Positions 10,166 through 21,979 of a stretch of DNA of 59,060 nucleotides are shown here, piece after piece; position 1 is the first letter of the stretch, and every line of letters begins with the position of its first letter. The notes beneath the pieces were generated by a model, which was not told the origin of the DNA, did not search any database, and worked only from the letters and a program-made list of their open reading frames with translations. Source of the DNA: an uncultured Lachnospiraceae bacterium (GTDB lineage: Bacteria; Bacillota; Clostridia; TANB77; CAG-508). The stretch lies in assembly GCA_946637865.1 (NCBI GenBank), contig CAMPBM010000001.1:1-59060 (forward strand), written 5' to 3'. The translations under genes were made by a program, and so were the position numbers.

Positions 10166-11497
10166 TTATGCTGTCTCTATATCATTACTTTTACTAGTTC
10201 TAATTCTTTTTGAATTTCTAGTAGTAACTCTTTTACTATTAATAAAAACCTTAGGTTCTTCGCCATTTACAACAGTTTCCCTAGTAATTACGCACCTTTC
10301 TATTGTTGGATTTGATGGAATTTCAAACATTACATCTCTCATAATATCTTCTAATATGGCACGCAAGCCTCTAGCACCTGTTTTTCTTTCGATTGCTTTG
10401 TCTACTATAGCTTCTAGTGCCTCTTTTTCAAACTCTAGCTCAACACCATCTAGTTCAAATAACTTCTTATATTGCTTTACTAATGCATTTCTAGGTTTTG
10501 TTACAATTTCAATAAGTGCCTCTCTATCTAAATCTTGCAAAGTAGCAACTATTGGTAATCTTCCAACAAATTCAGGAATTAATCCAAACTTTAGTAAATC
10601 TTGTGGTAATAATTCGCTAAATACTTTTGTTTTATCTATCTCTTTTGCACTTTCTATTTTAGCACCAAAGCCTATAGATTTTTTACCTATTCTGTCATTT
10701 ATTAACTTATCCAAACCTTCAAAAGCGCCACCACAAATAAATAATATATTTTCAGTATTTATTTGTATAAATTCTTGATGAGGATGCTTTCTTCCACCTT
10801 GAGGAGGAACTGAAGCCACTGTACCCTCTACTATTTTTAATAGTGCTTGTTGGACACCTTCTCCACTTACATCCCTCGTAATTGATGGATTTTCAGATTT
10901 TCTGGTAATCTTATCAATTTCGTCAATATATATAATTCCTCTCTCTGCCTTAGAAACATCATAATCAGCTGCTTGTATCAACTTTAATAAAATATTTTCT
11001 ACATCCTCTCCAACATATCCTGCTTCTGTTAAAGTTGTTGCATCAGCAATTGCAAAAGGAACATTTAAAACTTTTGCCAAAGTCTGTGCTAACAAAGTTT
11101 TTCCACAACCTGTTGGACCTAACAATAATATATTACTTTTTTGAATTTCAATTGTATTACTATTGTTACTTTTCTCTATAATATACTCATTATTATTAAT
11201 CCTTTTATAATGATTATATACAGCAACAGAAAGCGTCTTTTTAGCGTCTTCCTGTCCAATCACATACTCATCTAGTACACTTTTTATTTGTGCTGGTGTT
11301 GGCAATTTTTCAGATTCATCAACAGTATAAGTTGCATCAGGATTTTCATATAAATCATCTTCAATTATATCATTACACACACTAATACACTCATTACAGA
11401 TATATACCCCTGGTCCTGCAATAATCCTTTGTACAATCTCCTGCGTTTTACCACAAAAAGAGCATCTTATTGTTTTATTTTGTTCTTTACTTGGCAT
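10166..11497 (-). CDS. clpX: ATP-dependent Clp protease ATP-binding subunit ClpX
   Basis: N-terminal C4 zinc finger (CSFCGK...CNEC), Walker [12 protein letters not shown]-type loop region. Confidence 0.95.
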   Translation of the reverse strand: MPSKEQNKTIRCSFCGKTQEIVQRIIAGPGVYICNECISVCNDIIEDDLYENPDATYTVDESEKLPTPAQIKSVLDEYVIGQEDAKKTLSVAVYNHYKRINNNEYIIEKSNNSNTIEIQKSNILLLGPTGCGKTLLAQTLAKVLNVPFAIADATTLTEAGYVGEDVENILLKLIQAADYDVSKAERGIIYIDEIDKITRKSENPSITRDVSGEGVQQALLKIVEGTVASVPPQGGRKHPHQEFIQINTENILFICGGAFEGLDKLINDRIGKKSIGFGAKIESAKEIDKTKVFSELLPQDLLKFGLIPEFVGRLPIVATLQDLDREALIEIVTKPRNALVKQYKKLFELDGVELEFEKEALEAIVDKAIERKTGARGLRAILEDIMRDVMFEIPSNPTIERCVITRETVVNGEEPKVFINSKRVTTRNSKRIRTSKSNDIETA

Positions 11498-11629
11498 CTT
11501 GACTTTATATGATATATCTTTTGCTCATATAATATATCATACACTCCTTTCTTAATTTATTTTAATATAAACGTATTCTTACCATTCTTCACGCTTTGCC
11601 TGAATACAATATCTTAAAATCTGTAGAAA

Positions 11630-12235
11630 TTATGCTCTCTTTTCCATAATTCCATCAATTAATCCATATTCTAAAGCTTCTTGTGCTGTCATGTAGTTGT
11701 CTCTTTCTGTATCTTTATTAATTACATCTAGTGGTTGACCTGTTCTATCACTTAACAGTTTGTTTAATTTTTCACGTGTTTTTACCATGTGGTCTGCATG
11801 AATTTTAATTTCAGTTGTTTGACCTGAAAGACCTCCACCACCTATAAGTGGTTGATGTATCAATATTTCCGCATTTGGAGTTGCAAATCTCTTCCCTTTC
11901 TCTCCAGAAGCTAAAAGCACTGCTCCCATACTTGCAGCCATTCCTATACAAATTGTAGAAACTGGACATTTAATATAATTCATTGTGTCAACTATTCCCA
12001 TTCCATCTGTTATTGAACCTCCTGGACTATTTATATATAAAGAAATCTCCTTGTCTGGATCTTCAGACTCTAAAAATAGTAATTGCGCAATTACCAAACT
12101 TGCTGAAGTAGGATTTACATCCTCTCCTAAAAATATTATTCTGTCTTTTAATAATCTTGAGAAAATATCATAAGATCTTTCTCCTTTTGATGTTTGTTCA
12201 ATAACATATGGTACTAAACTATTTCTTTCTAACAT
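11630..12235 (-). CDS. clpP: ATP-dependent Clp protease proteolytic subunit ClpP
   Basis: [30 protein letters not shown] and GMAASMGA active-site Ser context. Start at 12235 after a GGAGGG RBS. Confidence 0.95.
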   Translation of the reverse strand: MLERNSLVPYVIEQTSKGERSYDIFSRLLKDRIIFLGEDVNPTSASLVIAQLLFLESEDPDKEISLYINSPGGSITDGMGIVDTMNYIKCPVSTICIGMAASMGAVLLASGEKGKRFATPNAEILIHQPLIGGGGLSGQTTEIKIHADHMVKTREKLNKLLSDRTGQPLDVINKDTERDNYMTAQEALEYGLIDGIMEKRA

Positions 12236-12503
12236 AATTACCCTCCTATTTTTTAACCATTTGTTTTTATATAAAATTATATGTAAAATTGTATACAAAT
12301 TATATGTGTTCCATATATTTTATATATAATACTACTATAATTATTAACAAATCAATCTTTTATATAACAATTATTCTCTATATCTTATAAATAAACATAT
12401 ATTTTGTGAATATATTTACTAAAAATATTAACTGCATTTTATACTATATTCACCTTTTTTTCAATACTTATTTACACTTTTTTTAGTTGGATTGTTATTA
12501 TTG

Positions 12504-12608
12504 GTTACAGGTCAGCCGTTTTTTCTGAGTAGTCCAATATAAGAATTATGTAAGAGCTAGCAATATATTAATAACGTAGTACAAAGTGCTCCGCTACAAG
12601 GGGATTAC
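12504..12608 (+). mobile_element. Truncated GTTACAG-type element (left arm only) joined to an E-type repeat right half
   Basis: GTTACAGGTCAGCC...GAGTAGTCCAATATAAGAATTATGTAAGAGCTAGCAATATATTAA matches 34194-34262, then switches to TGCTCCGCTACAAGGGGATTAC. Confidence 0.7.
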
Positions 12609-12625
12609 TCGACCGTCATATTTGC

Positions 12626-12657
12626 AAAAAGTTAGGAAAAAAACTTTCCTAACTTTT
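12626..12657 (-). terminator. Intrinsic terminator after tig
   Basis: AAAGTTAGGAAA / TTTCCTAACTTT stem with a T-run on the minus strand. Confidence 0.6.
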
Positions 12658-12671
12658 CATCATTCATTTTC

Positions 12672-13955
12672 TTATTTTACTTTTGCATTATCAACTACGA
12701 ATTTTATTGCTTTTTCTACTTTCATATTACCCTTAATGTAATTTACTAATTGCTCATTTTTCATTAATTCTTCTGCTTTCTTTCCATAGCTTTCTGCCAT
12801 TTCTTTTACCTTATCAGAAATTTCTTCTTCAGATGCTTCTAGTTTTTCAGCCTCTACAATAGCCTCTAAAACTAGTCTACTCTTTACTGATGTTTTAGCT
12901 TGTTCCTCATATTCTTTTCTCATATCTTTCTCAGTTTTTCCTACCATCTGAAGATATTGTTTCATATTTAAACCTTGATAAGATAATCTTGCTTCTATAT
13001 CCTTCATCATATTGTCAATTTCAGTTTCTACCATTCCTGATGGAATATCTATATCTGTAGCATCACAAACAGCTTTTATAGCATTATCTTCTAATTCATA
13101 TTTAGCCTTTTCTGCATTTTCTTTTACTAGTTTCTCTTTAACACTAGCCTTTAATTCCTTTATTGTGTCAAATTCACTAACATCTTTTGCAAATTCATCG
13201 TCTATTTTTGGTAATTCTTTTCTTTTTATTTCATGTAGTTTTACCTTAAATACCGCATCTTTTCCGGCTAAATCCTTTGAGAAATATTCATCTGGGAATT
13301 TTACATTTATTTCTCTTTCTTGGTTAATTCTCATTCCAATAATTTGGTCTTCAAATCCTGGTATAAATGTTTTACTTCCTATTTCTAACTCATGATTTTC
13401 AGCTTTTCCACCTTCGAAAGCAACACCATCTACAAATCCTTCAAAATCTATAGTAACTATATCTTTATTAGCAACAGCCTTATTTTCTATAGTAACTAGT
13501 CTCGCATTTTTTTCAGCCATACGAGCTAATTCTTTATTAACATCTTCAGCCATTATTCTACGTTCAGTTTTTGCTAATTCAATGCCTTTATATTTACCTA
13601 ATTTTACTTCTGGTTTTGTTTGTACTATAGCAGTAAAAATCAATTCTTTTCCTTTTCCTATTTGTTCTATATCTATTTTAGGTTTACTAACAATCTCTAA
13701 TTTATTTTCTTTAACCTCTTTATCAAAAATTTCAGGGACTATTTCATTAAAAGTATCTTCATAGAATATTTCTGAACCATATGTTCTTTCTACTAAAGCC
13801 ATTGGAGCTTTTCCTTTTCTAAACCCTGGTATATTGAAGTATTTTGCTGTTTTTTCATATACTTTCTTCATTCCTGAATCAAAAGTTTCTGCTGGCACAT
13901 TGAATGTTAATTTTAATTCATTTGCATTTTCTGTTTTTTCTACCTTCATACTCAT
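12672..13955 (-). CDS. tig: Trigger factor (PPIase chaperone)
   Basis: 427 aa. N-terminal ribosome-binding signature GFRKGKAP and a central FKBP domain. Order tig-clpP-clpX. Confidence 0.93.
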   Translation of the reverse strand: MSMKVEKTENANELKLTFNVPAETFDSGMKKVYEKTAKYFNIPGFRKGKAPMALVERTYGSEIFYEDTFNEIVPEIFDKEVKENKLEIVSKPKIDIEQIGKGKELIFTAIVQTKPEVKLGKYKGIELAKTERRIMAEDVNKELARMAEKNARLVTIENKAVANKDIVTIDFEGFVDGVAFEGGKAENHELEIGSKTFIPGFEDQIIGMRINQEREINVKFPDEYFSKDLAGKDAVFKVKLHEIKRKELPKIDDEFAKDVSEFDTIKELKASVKEKLVKENAEKAKYELEDNAIKAVCDATDIDIPSGMVETEIDNMMKDIEARLSYQGLNMKQYLQMVGKTEKDMRKEYEEQAKTSVKSRLVLEAIVEAEKLEASEEEISDKVKEMAESYGKKAEELMKNEQLVNYIKGNMKVEKAIKFVVDNAKVK

Positions 13956-14187
13956 TTTTTACATACATCCTTTCAAAATATCTCTTTTACGTTACCTTAA
14001 GAAAAGTAACTAGCTTTCTTATTATACCACATTTTTCCATTTTTGCAATAGTTTTTTTCTTTTTTAATATCTATCGGTTACTCTTTGTTACAGTTTAGGT
14101 GGTATAATTTTCATAGAGGGATACTTAAGTGCTTCTCCACAAAGATATATTATAAAATATAAGTATTTAATACCAAATTTTAATGAA

Positions 14188-14237
14188 TAGAGTGCTTTAA
14201 TACTCCGCTACGAATTGAGATTACTTTCCTATTATAT
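14188..14237. repeat. Degenerate E-type REP-like unit
   Basis: AGAGTGCTTTAATACTCCGCTACGAATTGAGATTACTTTCCTATTATAT. Confidence 0.55.
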
Positions 14238-14285
14238 AAAAAAAGAGAAGGAACCCAGCAAATACTGTGTTCCTTCTCTTTTTTA
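14238..14285. terminator. Bidirectional terminator hairpin
   Basis: AAAAAAGAGAAGGAAC...GTTCCTTCTCTTTTTT. Confidence 0.6.
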
Positions 14286-14651
14286 TTTGGTAAATATTAC
14301 ATCCAATTGGATGTAATGTTCATTTAGGAATTTTATCCTACATATATGAGGTTCACCAAGTTTCGCCAGTTTCTTCTCAGCATTTACCCATAAACTCATT
14401 GGATTTATTCCTTCTTGACGCTTGATGCCTCCAATAGAGATGTTCGAAGAATTCCCCGATTTTTTTCTGCGTTCTAGTGCATTATCCAGCATAGAAAGGT
14501 ATTTCTCTTCAGCATTTTCACTGGTCTCTGTGTAGCTGGTGGTAGTTATCATTACATCGTCCTCTGCCTGAGCAATTACAGAATTACAGTTACAAGCCAC
14601 GATTTGTGCCAGCAACACAGCGATTATTGCAATTTTTTTCTTCATTTTCAT
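14283..14651 (-). CDS. Small secreted protein, unknown function
   Basis: Signal-peptide-like N-terminus MKMKKKIAIIAVLLAQIVA. Visibly higher G+C than the neighbours. Confidence 0.4.
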   Translation of the reverse strand: MKMKKKIAIIAVLLAQIVACNCNSVIAQAEDDVMITTTSYTETSENAEEKYLSMLDNALERRKKSGNSSNISIGGIKRQEGINPMSLWVNAEKKLAKLGEPHICRIKFLNEHYIQLDVIFTK

Positions 14652-14999
14652 TTCCTCCTGAAAAAATTATTTTGTGGGTTTATACGAATGATGAAAACAC
14701 ATACAGGATTATAAAATGTTTTCGTCTATATTGTACTATATTATGTAAATAAAGTCAAGTTTTTCAACAGGGTAATTTCATAAAATACAACAAAATTGTG
14801 ATATTTTATGAAATTACCCTGTAAAATCTTATATTTAACTTATGGTAAAATCCCCTTATAATGTTATAAACAAATAATTACCCACGCATACATGAATATA
14901 TAAAAATCAGTTATAGTGGCAAAACGAATGATTTATTTAATACTAAAACAAAAAATGTAAAGAGAAAAACCTGAGTTGAAGCATGCAAGCAAGAACAAT

Positions 15000-15707
15000 C
15001 TATAGAATTTTTTTCAACTTAAAATTCAAATAATCTGCACTTATTAAGTGAAAATTTATTCCCCCAACATTGCCTTCTATCGCCTCCTTATGTGAGTTGC
15101 CATGTAAATGCCCATAATAACACTCTTGTACATTATACAGTTTCATAGTTTTATAAAAATCTAAATACTCACTTCCCAATAGTTCCTTAGTAGGAATGGG
15201 TGGATAGTGCATAAATACTATAATTTCTTTATCTGTACCATAATTTTTTATTGCATTTGCAAAAGATAATTTTAGTCTTTCATTTTCCCTTTTTATCATC
15301 TTTCTTGCATCATCCGTATCTTGGAATGCCCAACCTCTAGTTCCCACTATAATTTTATCCTCTACTAAATAAGAATTATTATATAAAAAATCAATATTAT
15401 GGAAGCCATTCTCCTCTATAAAATCCCTCATTTTCTTTAATGTTGTCCACCAATAATCATGATTTCCCTTTAGTAAAATTTTCTTTCCTGGTAAGTTGTT
15501 TAAATAATTAAAATCCATTCTAGCATCATCTATATAAGTAGCCCACGAAAAATCTCCAGGGAGAATAACCGTATCTTCTTCTTTTACACTTTCAAGCCAG
15601 CTTTTTTTTATTTTTTCTTCATGCTTTTCCCAGTTATTGCCAAAAATATCCATAGGCTTGTTTTGTTGAAAAGATAAATGTAAATCTGCAATAACATATA
15701 TGGACAT
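15000..15707 (-). CDS. Metallophosphoesterase (calcineurin-like)
   Basis: IYVIADLHLS, GDFSW, GNHDYWW and GHLHG motifs. Start at 15707 after a GGAGG RBS. Confidence 0.75.
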   Translation of the reverse strand: MSIYVIADLHLSFQQNKPMDIFGNNWEKHEEKIKKSWLESVKEEDTVILPGDFSWATYIDDARMDFNYLNNLPGKKILLKGNHDYWWTTLKKMRDFIEENGFHNIDFLYNNSYLVEDKIIVGTRGWAFQDTDDARKMIKRENERLKLSFANAIKNYGTDKEIIVFMHYPPIPTKELLGSEYLDFYKTMKLYNVQECYYGHLHGNSHKEAIEGNVGGINFHLISADYLNFKLKKIL

Positions 15708-15754
15708 ATCCTTTCCTCCTTCTATTCTATCTATGATTACTGTCTCTAATGTAC

Positions 15755-16753
15755 TTATTCCTCTCCTAATTTTAAATTTGGTATTGCGTTCAAATATAAA
15801 TCTGATTTTTTTCCATTTATGTAATTGTAATACCCCGCACATGCTATCATTGCTGCATTATCAGTACACAATATTGGCTCTGGATAATATATCTTCATAT
15901 TATACGTTTTCTCTAATTCCAAAAATTTTTCTCTAATATATGTATTAGCTGACACGCCTCCAGCTAAAGCTATTTTATTAATTCCTAATTCTTTAGAGGC
16001 TCTTAATACATTATCTAACAAGACCTGCGTAACATTTTCCTCAAAACTAGCACATAAATCTGCTTTATTTATATCAGGATTTTTGTGGTGCAAATTTATT
16101 ATGGCAGTCTTTATACCACTAAAACTAAAATCTAAATTATCAAAATGAGTTTTAGGTAAAGTAATATTAGGCATTCCCTCTTTTGCTAGTTTATCAATCT
16201 TAGGACCACCTGGGTATCCAAGACCAACAACCCTTGCGACTTTGTCAAATGCCTCTCCTATTGCATCATCCCTAGTTTTTCCAAGTATTTCAAATTCTTC
16301 ATAACTTTTTATATGAACTAAATGAGTATGTCCTCCAGAAATAATCATGCATAAAAAAGGTGGTTCTAAATCTTTATGAGTAATATAATTTGCCGCAATA
16401 TGTCCCTGAATATGATTTGTTCCAACTAAGGGAATATCCAAGGTATAACTCAATGCTTTTGCATATGATACGCCTACTAATAAAGCACCAACAAGCCCAG
16501 GACCATACGTACATGCTATATGGTCTATATCTTTAAATGTAACATGTGCATCTCTAAGTGCCTGATTTGTTACTTCTGAAATAACTTCAACATGGTTTCT
16601 TGAAGCTATTTCTGGAACAACACCTCCAAATTGTTCATGTATTTTTATTTGAGAATTTATAACATTAGAAAGAACCTCTCTGCCATTTTTTACAACAGCT
16701 ACAGAAGTTTCGTCACAACTTGATTCAATTCCTAAAGTTAAAATATCTTTCAT
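15755..16753 (-). CDS. tsaD: tRNA N6-adenosine threonylcarbamoyltransferase TsaD
   Basis: [27 protein letters not shown] motifs. Confidence 0.92.
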   Translation of the reverse strand: MKDILTLGIESSCDETSVAVVKNGREVLSNVINSQIKIHEQFGGVVPEIASRNHVEVISEVTNQALRDAHVTFKDIDHIACTYGPGLVGALLVGVSYAKALSYTLDIPLVGTNHIQGHIAANYITHKDLEPPFLCMIISGGHTHLVHIKSYEEFEILGKTRDDAIGEAFDKVARVVGLGYPGGPKIDKLAKEGMPNITLPKTHFDNLDFSFSGIKTAIINLHHKNPDINKADLCASFEENVTQVLLDNVLRASKELGINKIALAGGVSANTYIREKFLELEKTYNMKIYYPEPILCTDNAAMIACAGYYNYINGKKSDLYLNAIPNLKLGEE

Positions 16754-16962
16754 ATTTATCCAATTCAATTACTATGTTATATAACTGAATTGCCCTCCTT
16801 GTATAGTATATTTTGGTTTTTAAAAGGTGACCCATAACCTTTGTATAATTAGAATAATTATTATATCAGTTAACAATAAAGTGTATATTTGTACCTTTCT
16901 TGAGTAATATACACTTTATATAAATAATTCAATTTTTTTAACATCATACAAACCTGTAACAT

Positions 16963-17733
16963 TTAATAAATTCCAAATATCCTAAGTAAACTACCTAAAT
17001 CTACATTAAATATATTACCAATCAATGTTCCTAAACCAAGAGTAACCTTACTTATTGCTGGGCTGATGATAACACCAGCTATTCCAGTAACCCAGATAAC
17101 TAGAAAAACTATATACATTATTTGTTCGTTTCTAATAAACCACTGTCTTGCATTATATGGTAAGAAATTGCTCAAAATTTTTGAACCATCAAGTGGTGGT
17201 AATGGAATTAAGTTGAATAAACCTAGTCCTATATTAATTAAAATCAATTCCACGAAAAAAGCCAACACTAACTCCGTTGTTTTATATGGTAAATTAACCA
17301 ATAAATTGAATTTCAATAAGCATGCTAATATAATTGTTGAAATTGTAGCTAATACGAAATTCATTAGTGGACCTGCAATTGATACAATAGCTTCTCCTTT
17401 TGCCATCGAAATATTTCTTTTAAATTTTACAGGACTTATTTGAACTGGCTTTCCCCACCCAAAACCTGCTACTATCATAAGTGCAAATCCTACAGGATCA
17501 ATGTGTTTTAGGGGATTCAGGGTTAATCTTCCTTGTCTACGTGGTGTATCATCTCCTAATTTATCTGCAGCAAAAGCATGTGCAAACTCATGAAATGTAA
17601 TTGCTATTAATATTGCTGGCAATGTTAATAATAATATCAAAAGACCATTTGTACTTGTAAACCTATTTACAATGTTCATAAATACAAATATTCCTAAAAC
17701 TATATACAAAATTCTTTTATCAAAACTAAACAT
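16963..17733 (-). CDS. Site-2 protease family (peptidase M50) membrane protein
   Basis: HEFAHA zinc motif inside a TM segment, polytopic, NLIPLPPLDG motif. Confidence 0.8.
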   Translation of the reverse strand: MFSFDKRILYIVLGIFVFMNIVNRFTSTNGLLILLLTLPAILIAITFHEFAHAFAADKLGDDTPRRQGRLTLNPLKHIDPVGFALMIVAGFGWGKPVQISPVKFKRNISMAKGEAIVSIAGPLMNFVLATISTIILACLLKFNLLVNLPYKTTELVLAFFVELILINIGLGLFNLIPLPPLDGSKILSNFLPYNARQWFIRNEQIMYIVFLVIWVTGIAGVIISPAISKVTLGLGTLIGNIFNVDLGSLLRIFGIY

Positions 17734-17826
17734 AACTATCCTTTCGTTTCATACAAGTTACATAAACTCTTTTTATTAGTAACTCATATACTTTTTATAA
17801 TATATCATTTTTTTATGATTCTTTAG

Positions 17827-18084
17827 CTATCGTTCTCCCCTCTGTCTTATATACCAATCATCTATTTCTCTTTCTTTATTATTATGTTTTGTATTAGCCG
17901 TTTTATTATAGATTTCTGTGGCTCTAACAAGTATATTCCTACCTTTATAAAATTCTCTTGTTACTACTGCTTTAGGATAATTTTCCTTTAGTTTTTTTAT
18001 ATATGCCGTTATAGTTTGTTCCATATCTTCTTTACCATTGTATTCTTCAAAAATAAAAATTCTAGATGCTAGTTCCTTTTCCAT
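17827..18084 (-). CDS. Hypothetical protein
   Basis: ORF only. Start placed at MEKELAS behind a GGAAAGGA RBS. Confidence 0.3.
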   Translation of the reverse strand: MEKELASRIFIFEEYNGKEDMEQTITAYIKKLKENYPKAVVTREFYKGRNILVRATEIYNKTANTKHNNKEREIDDWYIRQRGER

Positions 18085-18385
18085 TTTTTCTAATATTCCT
18101 TTCCACCTACAGGTACAAAAATTAATGAAAATAATTTTTGTTATAATCATTTTTCAAACATTATCCTCCCTGTATAATATTTTCTTTGTTCCAAGATATT
18201 ATTTTCTTCATTAAAACGGTTTATATTGTTAGTACTCACTATATCTCATTCAATTCTCTATAAACTTCTTTTTGTATCTCATATCTATAATTAATAATCT
18301 TTTTGTAGAAGCTTATTCTACTATCAGACATACTTGTTATGAAATTCACACTATATCAAAAACAAACTAATCCAATTTGGTATAT

Positions 18386-19891
18386 TTAAGCAAGAGGTTT
18401 CATTGTTGGGAATAGTAAAACATCTCTTATTGAAGCTGAATCTGTTAATAGCATTATCAATCTATCTATACCTATTCCTAATCCTCCTGTTGGTGGCATT
18501 CCATATTCTAATGCTTGAACATAATCTTCATCCATCATTCCAGCTTCCTCATCTCCTGCTTCCCTTGCTTCCACCTGTTTTTTGAATCTCTCATATTGGT
18601 CAATTGGATCATTCAACTCTGAGAATGCATTTCCATATTCTCTACCACCAATAAATAATTCAAATCTTTCAGTCATACGAGGATCTGAAGCCTTCCTTTT
18701 AGCAAGAGGTGAAATTTCCACTGGGTATTCATAAATAAATGTTGGTTGAATTAGTGTTTCCTCAACGTATTCATCAAAGAATAAACTTATTACATCTCCT
18801 CTTGTTTCCTTGGTTGAATCTGGAATAATTATATTTCTCTCCTTTGCTAGTGCTACCGCTTCTTCATCTGTATTTATTGTATTAAAGTCAATTCCTGTAA
18901 CTTCTTTAATAGCATCAATCATTGTAATTCTTTTCCATGATGGTGTTAAATCAATTTCTTGTCCCTGATATGTTAGTTTTGTTGTTTCTAACACTTCTTG
19001 AGCACATCTTGAGAATAATTCTTCAGTTATATCCATCATATCATTATAATCTTGATAAGCAGCATATAACTCAAGTTCTGTAAACTCTGGGTTATGTCTT
19101 ATATCCATTCCCTCATTTCTAAATACTCTTCCCATTTCATATACCTTGTCAATTCCACCAACTATTAACCTTTTTAGATTTAATTCAAGTGCAATTCTCA
19201 AGTACATATCTATATCTAATGAGTTATGGTGTGTAATAAATGGTTTAGCAGTTGCTCCACCAGCTATAGTATTTAATATTGGTGTTTCAACTTCTAAGAA
19301 GCCTTTTTCGTCTAGTATTTTACGAATTTCCTTTATTATTTTGCTTCTTGTTTCAAAGCTTTTCTTTACCTCTGGATTAACTATTAAATCAACATATCTC
19401 TGTCTATAGCGTAAATCAGGATCTTTTAAACCGTGAAATTTCTCTGGTAATGGACGTAATGACTTTGATAATAGTGTAACTTCCTTAGCATGTACTGATA
19501 TTTCCTCAGTTCTTGTTTTAAATACAAATCCTGTTATTCCTATAAAATCTCCTATGTCAAAAGTTTTGAAGGCTTTATAACTTTCTTCTCCTAAATCGTT
19601 TATGCTTACATAACTTTGGATTCTTTCATCGCAGTCTTGTATTGTGCAGAAAGATGCTTTTCCCATTATTCTCTTAGCAATTATTCTACCAGCTACAGTT
19701 ACATCTTTTTCCTCAAATTTCTCATAATTTGATTTTATTTCACCTGCTGTGTTAGTTCTATTAAATTTTGTTATTTCGTAAGGATTTTTTCCCTGTTCTT
19801 GTAATTCTGCCAATTTTTCTCTTCTTACCATCATTAATTGGTTTAAATCTAATTCTTGCTCTTGTGCATTATTTACTTCATTTTCGCTCAT
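18386..19891 (-). CDS. lysS: Lysine--tRNA ligase (class II)
   Basis: 501 aa. OB-fold N-domain, [19 protein letters not shown] (motif 2), GIGIDRL (motif 3). Confidence 0.95.
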   Translation of the reverse strand: MSENEVNNAQEQELDLNQLMMVRREKLAELQEQGKNPYEITKFNRTNTAGEIKSNYEKFEEKDVTVAGRIIAKRIMGKASFCTIQDCDERIQSYVSINDLGEESYKAFKTFDIGDFIGITGFVFKTRTEEISVHAKEVTLLSKSLRPLPEKFHGLKDPDLRYRQRYVDLIVNPEVKKSFETRSKIIKEIRKILDEKGFLEVETPILNTIAGGATAKPFITHHNSLDIDMYLRIALELNLKRLIVGGIDKVYEMGRVFRNEGMDIRHNPEFTELELYAAYQDYNDMMDITEELFSRCAQEVLETTKLTYQGQEIDLTPSWKRITMIDAIKEVTGIDFNTINTDEEAVALAKERNIIIPDSTKETRGDVISLFFDEYVEETLIQPTFIYEYPVEISPLAKRKASDPRMTERFELFIGGREYGNAFSELNDPIDQYERFKKQVEAREAGDEEAGMMDEDYVQALEYGMPPTGGLGIGIDRLIMLLTDSASIRDVLLFPTMKPLA

Positions 19892-19970
19892 AAGTAATTC
19901 CTCCTCTATAATTAATAAACTTTATAAACTTTCAATATTATATATTAAAATGCTTGGAAAGTAAATACTT

Positions 19971-21596
19971 TTAACACACTCTTCTTAATTCTTTGGCATG
20001 ATTTATTGAATTTATGGTTATATCCCCACTTGAAATTCTAGCTATCTCTTTTATCACTTCTTGTTCATTTAATAGTCTTATTTCTGTAACCGTTTTTTCT
20101 CCCTTAACTTTTTTACTAATATAGTAATTAGCATCACCCTTAGCTGCTATGCTTGGCTGATGCGTAACACATAAAACCTGATGTTTTTTTGATATAATTT
20201 TAATTTTTTCGCCTACTGCTTTGGCTGCTTTTCCGCTAATTCCAGTATCTATTTCATCAAAAACTAATACTGGTACTTTATCTGAATCTGCTAGCACTGT
20301 TTTTATTGCAAGCATTATTCTAGAAATTTCACCACCTGATGCTACTTTTACAAGTGGTTTTGCTTCATCTCCTATGTTAGTTGAAATTAAAAATTCAACT
20401 TCATTTAGTCCATTTTGTGTAAAATTCATTTGCGTATTATAATTCATTTCTACACAAAACCTTGCATTGGGCATTTCTAAATCACCCATTTCTGTATTTA
20501 CACTTTCAGTTAATACTTTTATATACTCTTTTCGTATTTCATTCATTTCTGAACATAGTAAAAACATCCTACTCTCTATCGTCTTCAACTCTTTATTTAA
20601 TACATTATTACGCTTTTCACAATTTTCTATGGCATATATTTCGTCCTCTATGCTTTTTTTATACTCCAAAATTTCCTCTACACTATTACCATATTTTTTC
20701 TTTAGAGAATATATCAAGTCTAACCTCTTTTCCACTTCATTTCTCTTGCTCTCGTCAAACGAAAGCTCACTGTTCATATCAACTATATCCCTGGACAATT
20801 CTTGAACTTCATAGTAAACATTCTTCAATTCTATTAATTTTTCTTGATATTTACCTCCAAAACTCTCTATTTTTTCCAAACACCTAATTGAATTTTGTAT
20901 AGCATCAATTGCACAATAACCTAAATTTTGCTCTATCTCTGCTAAATTCTTATATATCTTTTCTGAATTTTTCATAATTTGGTGATATTCGTTTAATTCA
21001 GTTTCTTCTCCATCTCTTAAATCTGCTTCATCTATTTCTCTTAATTGATATTTTAACAAATCCAACTTACGTTGTCTTTCCATTTCATCGCCATAATTAT
21101 TTTTTAGCTCTTTCTTTATTTCATTGTAAGTATTAAACTCCTTCAAATATTCATCTTTCTTTTTCAATATCTTATCACCTATGAAATTATCCAAATACTT
21201 GATATGCTCTTGCTTCTTCATTAATACTTGGTTATCATTTTGTCCATGAATATCTATTATGTTACTCATATAATCTTTTAATTCACTTACAGTAACCAAT
21301 CTGCCATTTATTTTACATATATTTCTACCATTGCTATATATTTCTCTTGACACTACAACATTTTTGTCTTCAGAGTCTATATCTGGCAAAAACAAATTTA
21401 ACTCAACAAAAGAGTGATTTTCCCCATTTCTAATCATTTCTTTGGAAAATCTATTTCCAGAAATTATGCCCAATGAATCTATTATTAAAGTTTTTCCTGC
21501 TCCTGTTTCTCCTGTTAAAACATTAAAACCCTCACCAAAATTCACTGTTAAATCCTCTATGATTCCTATGTTTTTTATATTCATTACACCTATCAT
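19971..21596 (-). CDS. recN: DNA repair protein RecN
   Basis: GETGAGKT Walker A, long coiled coil, C-terminal SGGE signature and LVFDEIDTG. Start at the ATG 21596 after GGAGG. Confidence 0.9.
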   Translation of the reverse strand: MIGVMNIKNIGIIEDLTVNFGEGFNVLTGETGAGKTLIIDSLGIISGNRFSKEMIRNGENHSFVELNLFLPDIDSEDKNVVVSREIYSNGRNICKINGRLVTVSELKDYMSNIIDIHGQNDNQVLMKKQEHIKYLDNFIGDKILKKKDEYLKEFNTYNEIKKELKNNYGDEMERQRKLDLLKYQLREIDEADLRDGEETELNEYHQIMKNSEKIYKNLAEIEQNLGYCAIDAIQNSIRCLEKIESFGGKYQEKLIELKNVYYEVQELSRDIVDMNSELSFDESKRNEVEKRLDLIYSLKKKYGNSVEEILEYKKSIEDEIYAIENCEKRNNVLNKELKTIESRMFLLCSEMNEIRKEYIKVLTESVNTEMGDLEMPNARFCVEMNYNTQMNFTQNGLNEVEFLISTNIGDEAKPLVKVASGGEISRIMLAIKTVLADSDKVPVLVFDEIDTGISGKAAKAVGEKIKIISKKHQVLCVTHQPSIAAKGDANYYISKKVKGEKTVTEIRLLNEQEVIKEIARISSGDITINSINHAKELRRVC

Positions 21597-21707
21597 ATGC
21601 AAACCTCCTTTTGTCGAACTTATGTTTTATTATATAACGCATATTCCCTGGTTGTCAATATGTTTTCTATTTTTTTCTCAAATAGTTTTTAAAATTATTC
21701 AAAAAGA

Positions 21708-21945
21708 ACAATAGCGGACATTACGAAATCTGCAAATGAAAAAATATATTGCAAATGTCCGCGTATAATTGTTCGCGTGCGAAATTTTCGTAAGAAAATT
21801 TCTGTACAATAGTTAGCGAAGCTTTTCTATAATAGGAAAGCTCTATAAGTTAATTTTTACTTCGTACTAGAACTTTCCTATTATAGAACAATAGTGGACG
21901 TGAGACAGTTCCTACGTCCACTTGTCTCATAAAACAAACCAGTCA
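21708..21945. repeat. Composite of nested palindromic repeat modules (F-type and relatives)
   Basis: ACAATAGCGGACATT...AATGTCCGC hairpin; TATAATAGGAAAGCTCTATAAGTTAATTTTTACTTCGTACTAGAACTTTCCTATTATAG; AACAATAGTGGACGT...ACGTCCAC. Shares modules with 1681-1748. Confidence 0.7.
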
Positions 21946-21979
21946 AATCAAACAAAAAGTTTAATTTGACTGGTTGTTT

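Noticed and set aside
10155-10778. 207-aa plus-strand ORF antisense to clpX. Similar long shadow ORFs occur at 8181-8525, 13012-13395, 17066-17443, 20462-20887, 24845-25522, 26574-26963, 40003-40413, 46064-46537 and 57628-58125.
   Set aside because: Each lies fully inside a well-supported gene on the other strand. They have low-complexity Ser/Leu/Phe/Ile-rich translations typical of antisense frames in AT-rich DNA, and no RBS.
12520-12535. Hammerhead-like CTGAGTAG string in the MITE left arms (also at 34215)
   Set aside because: It does not match the CUGANGA...GAAA core, and no three-way junction can be drawn around it.
21612-21618. Single TGTCGAA heptamer 16 nt upstream of the recN start
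   Set aside because: It is an isolated 7-mer adjacent to the RBS with no partner box. That is too likely by chance to call a Spo0A site.
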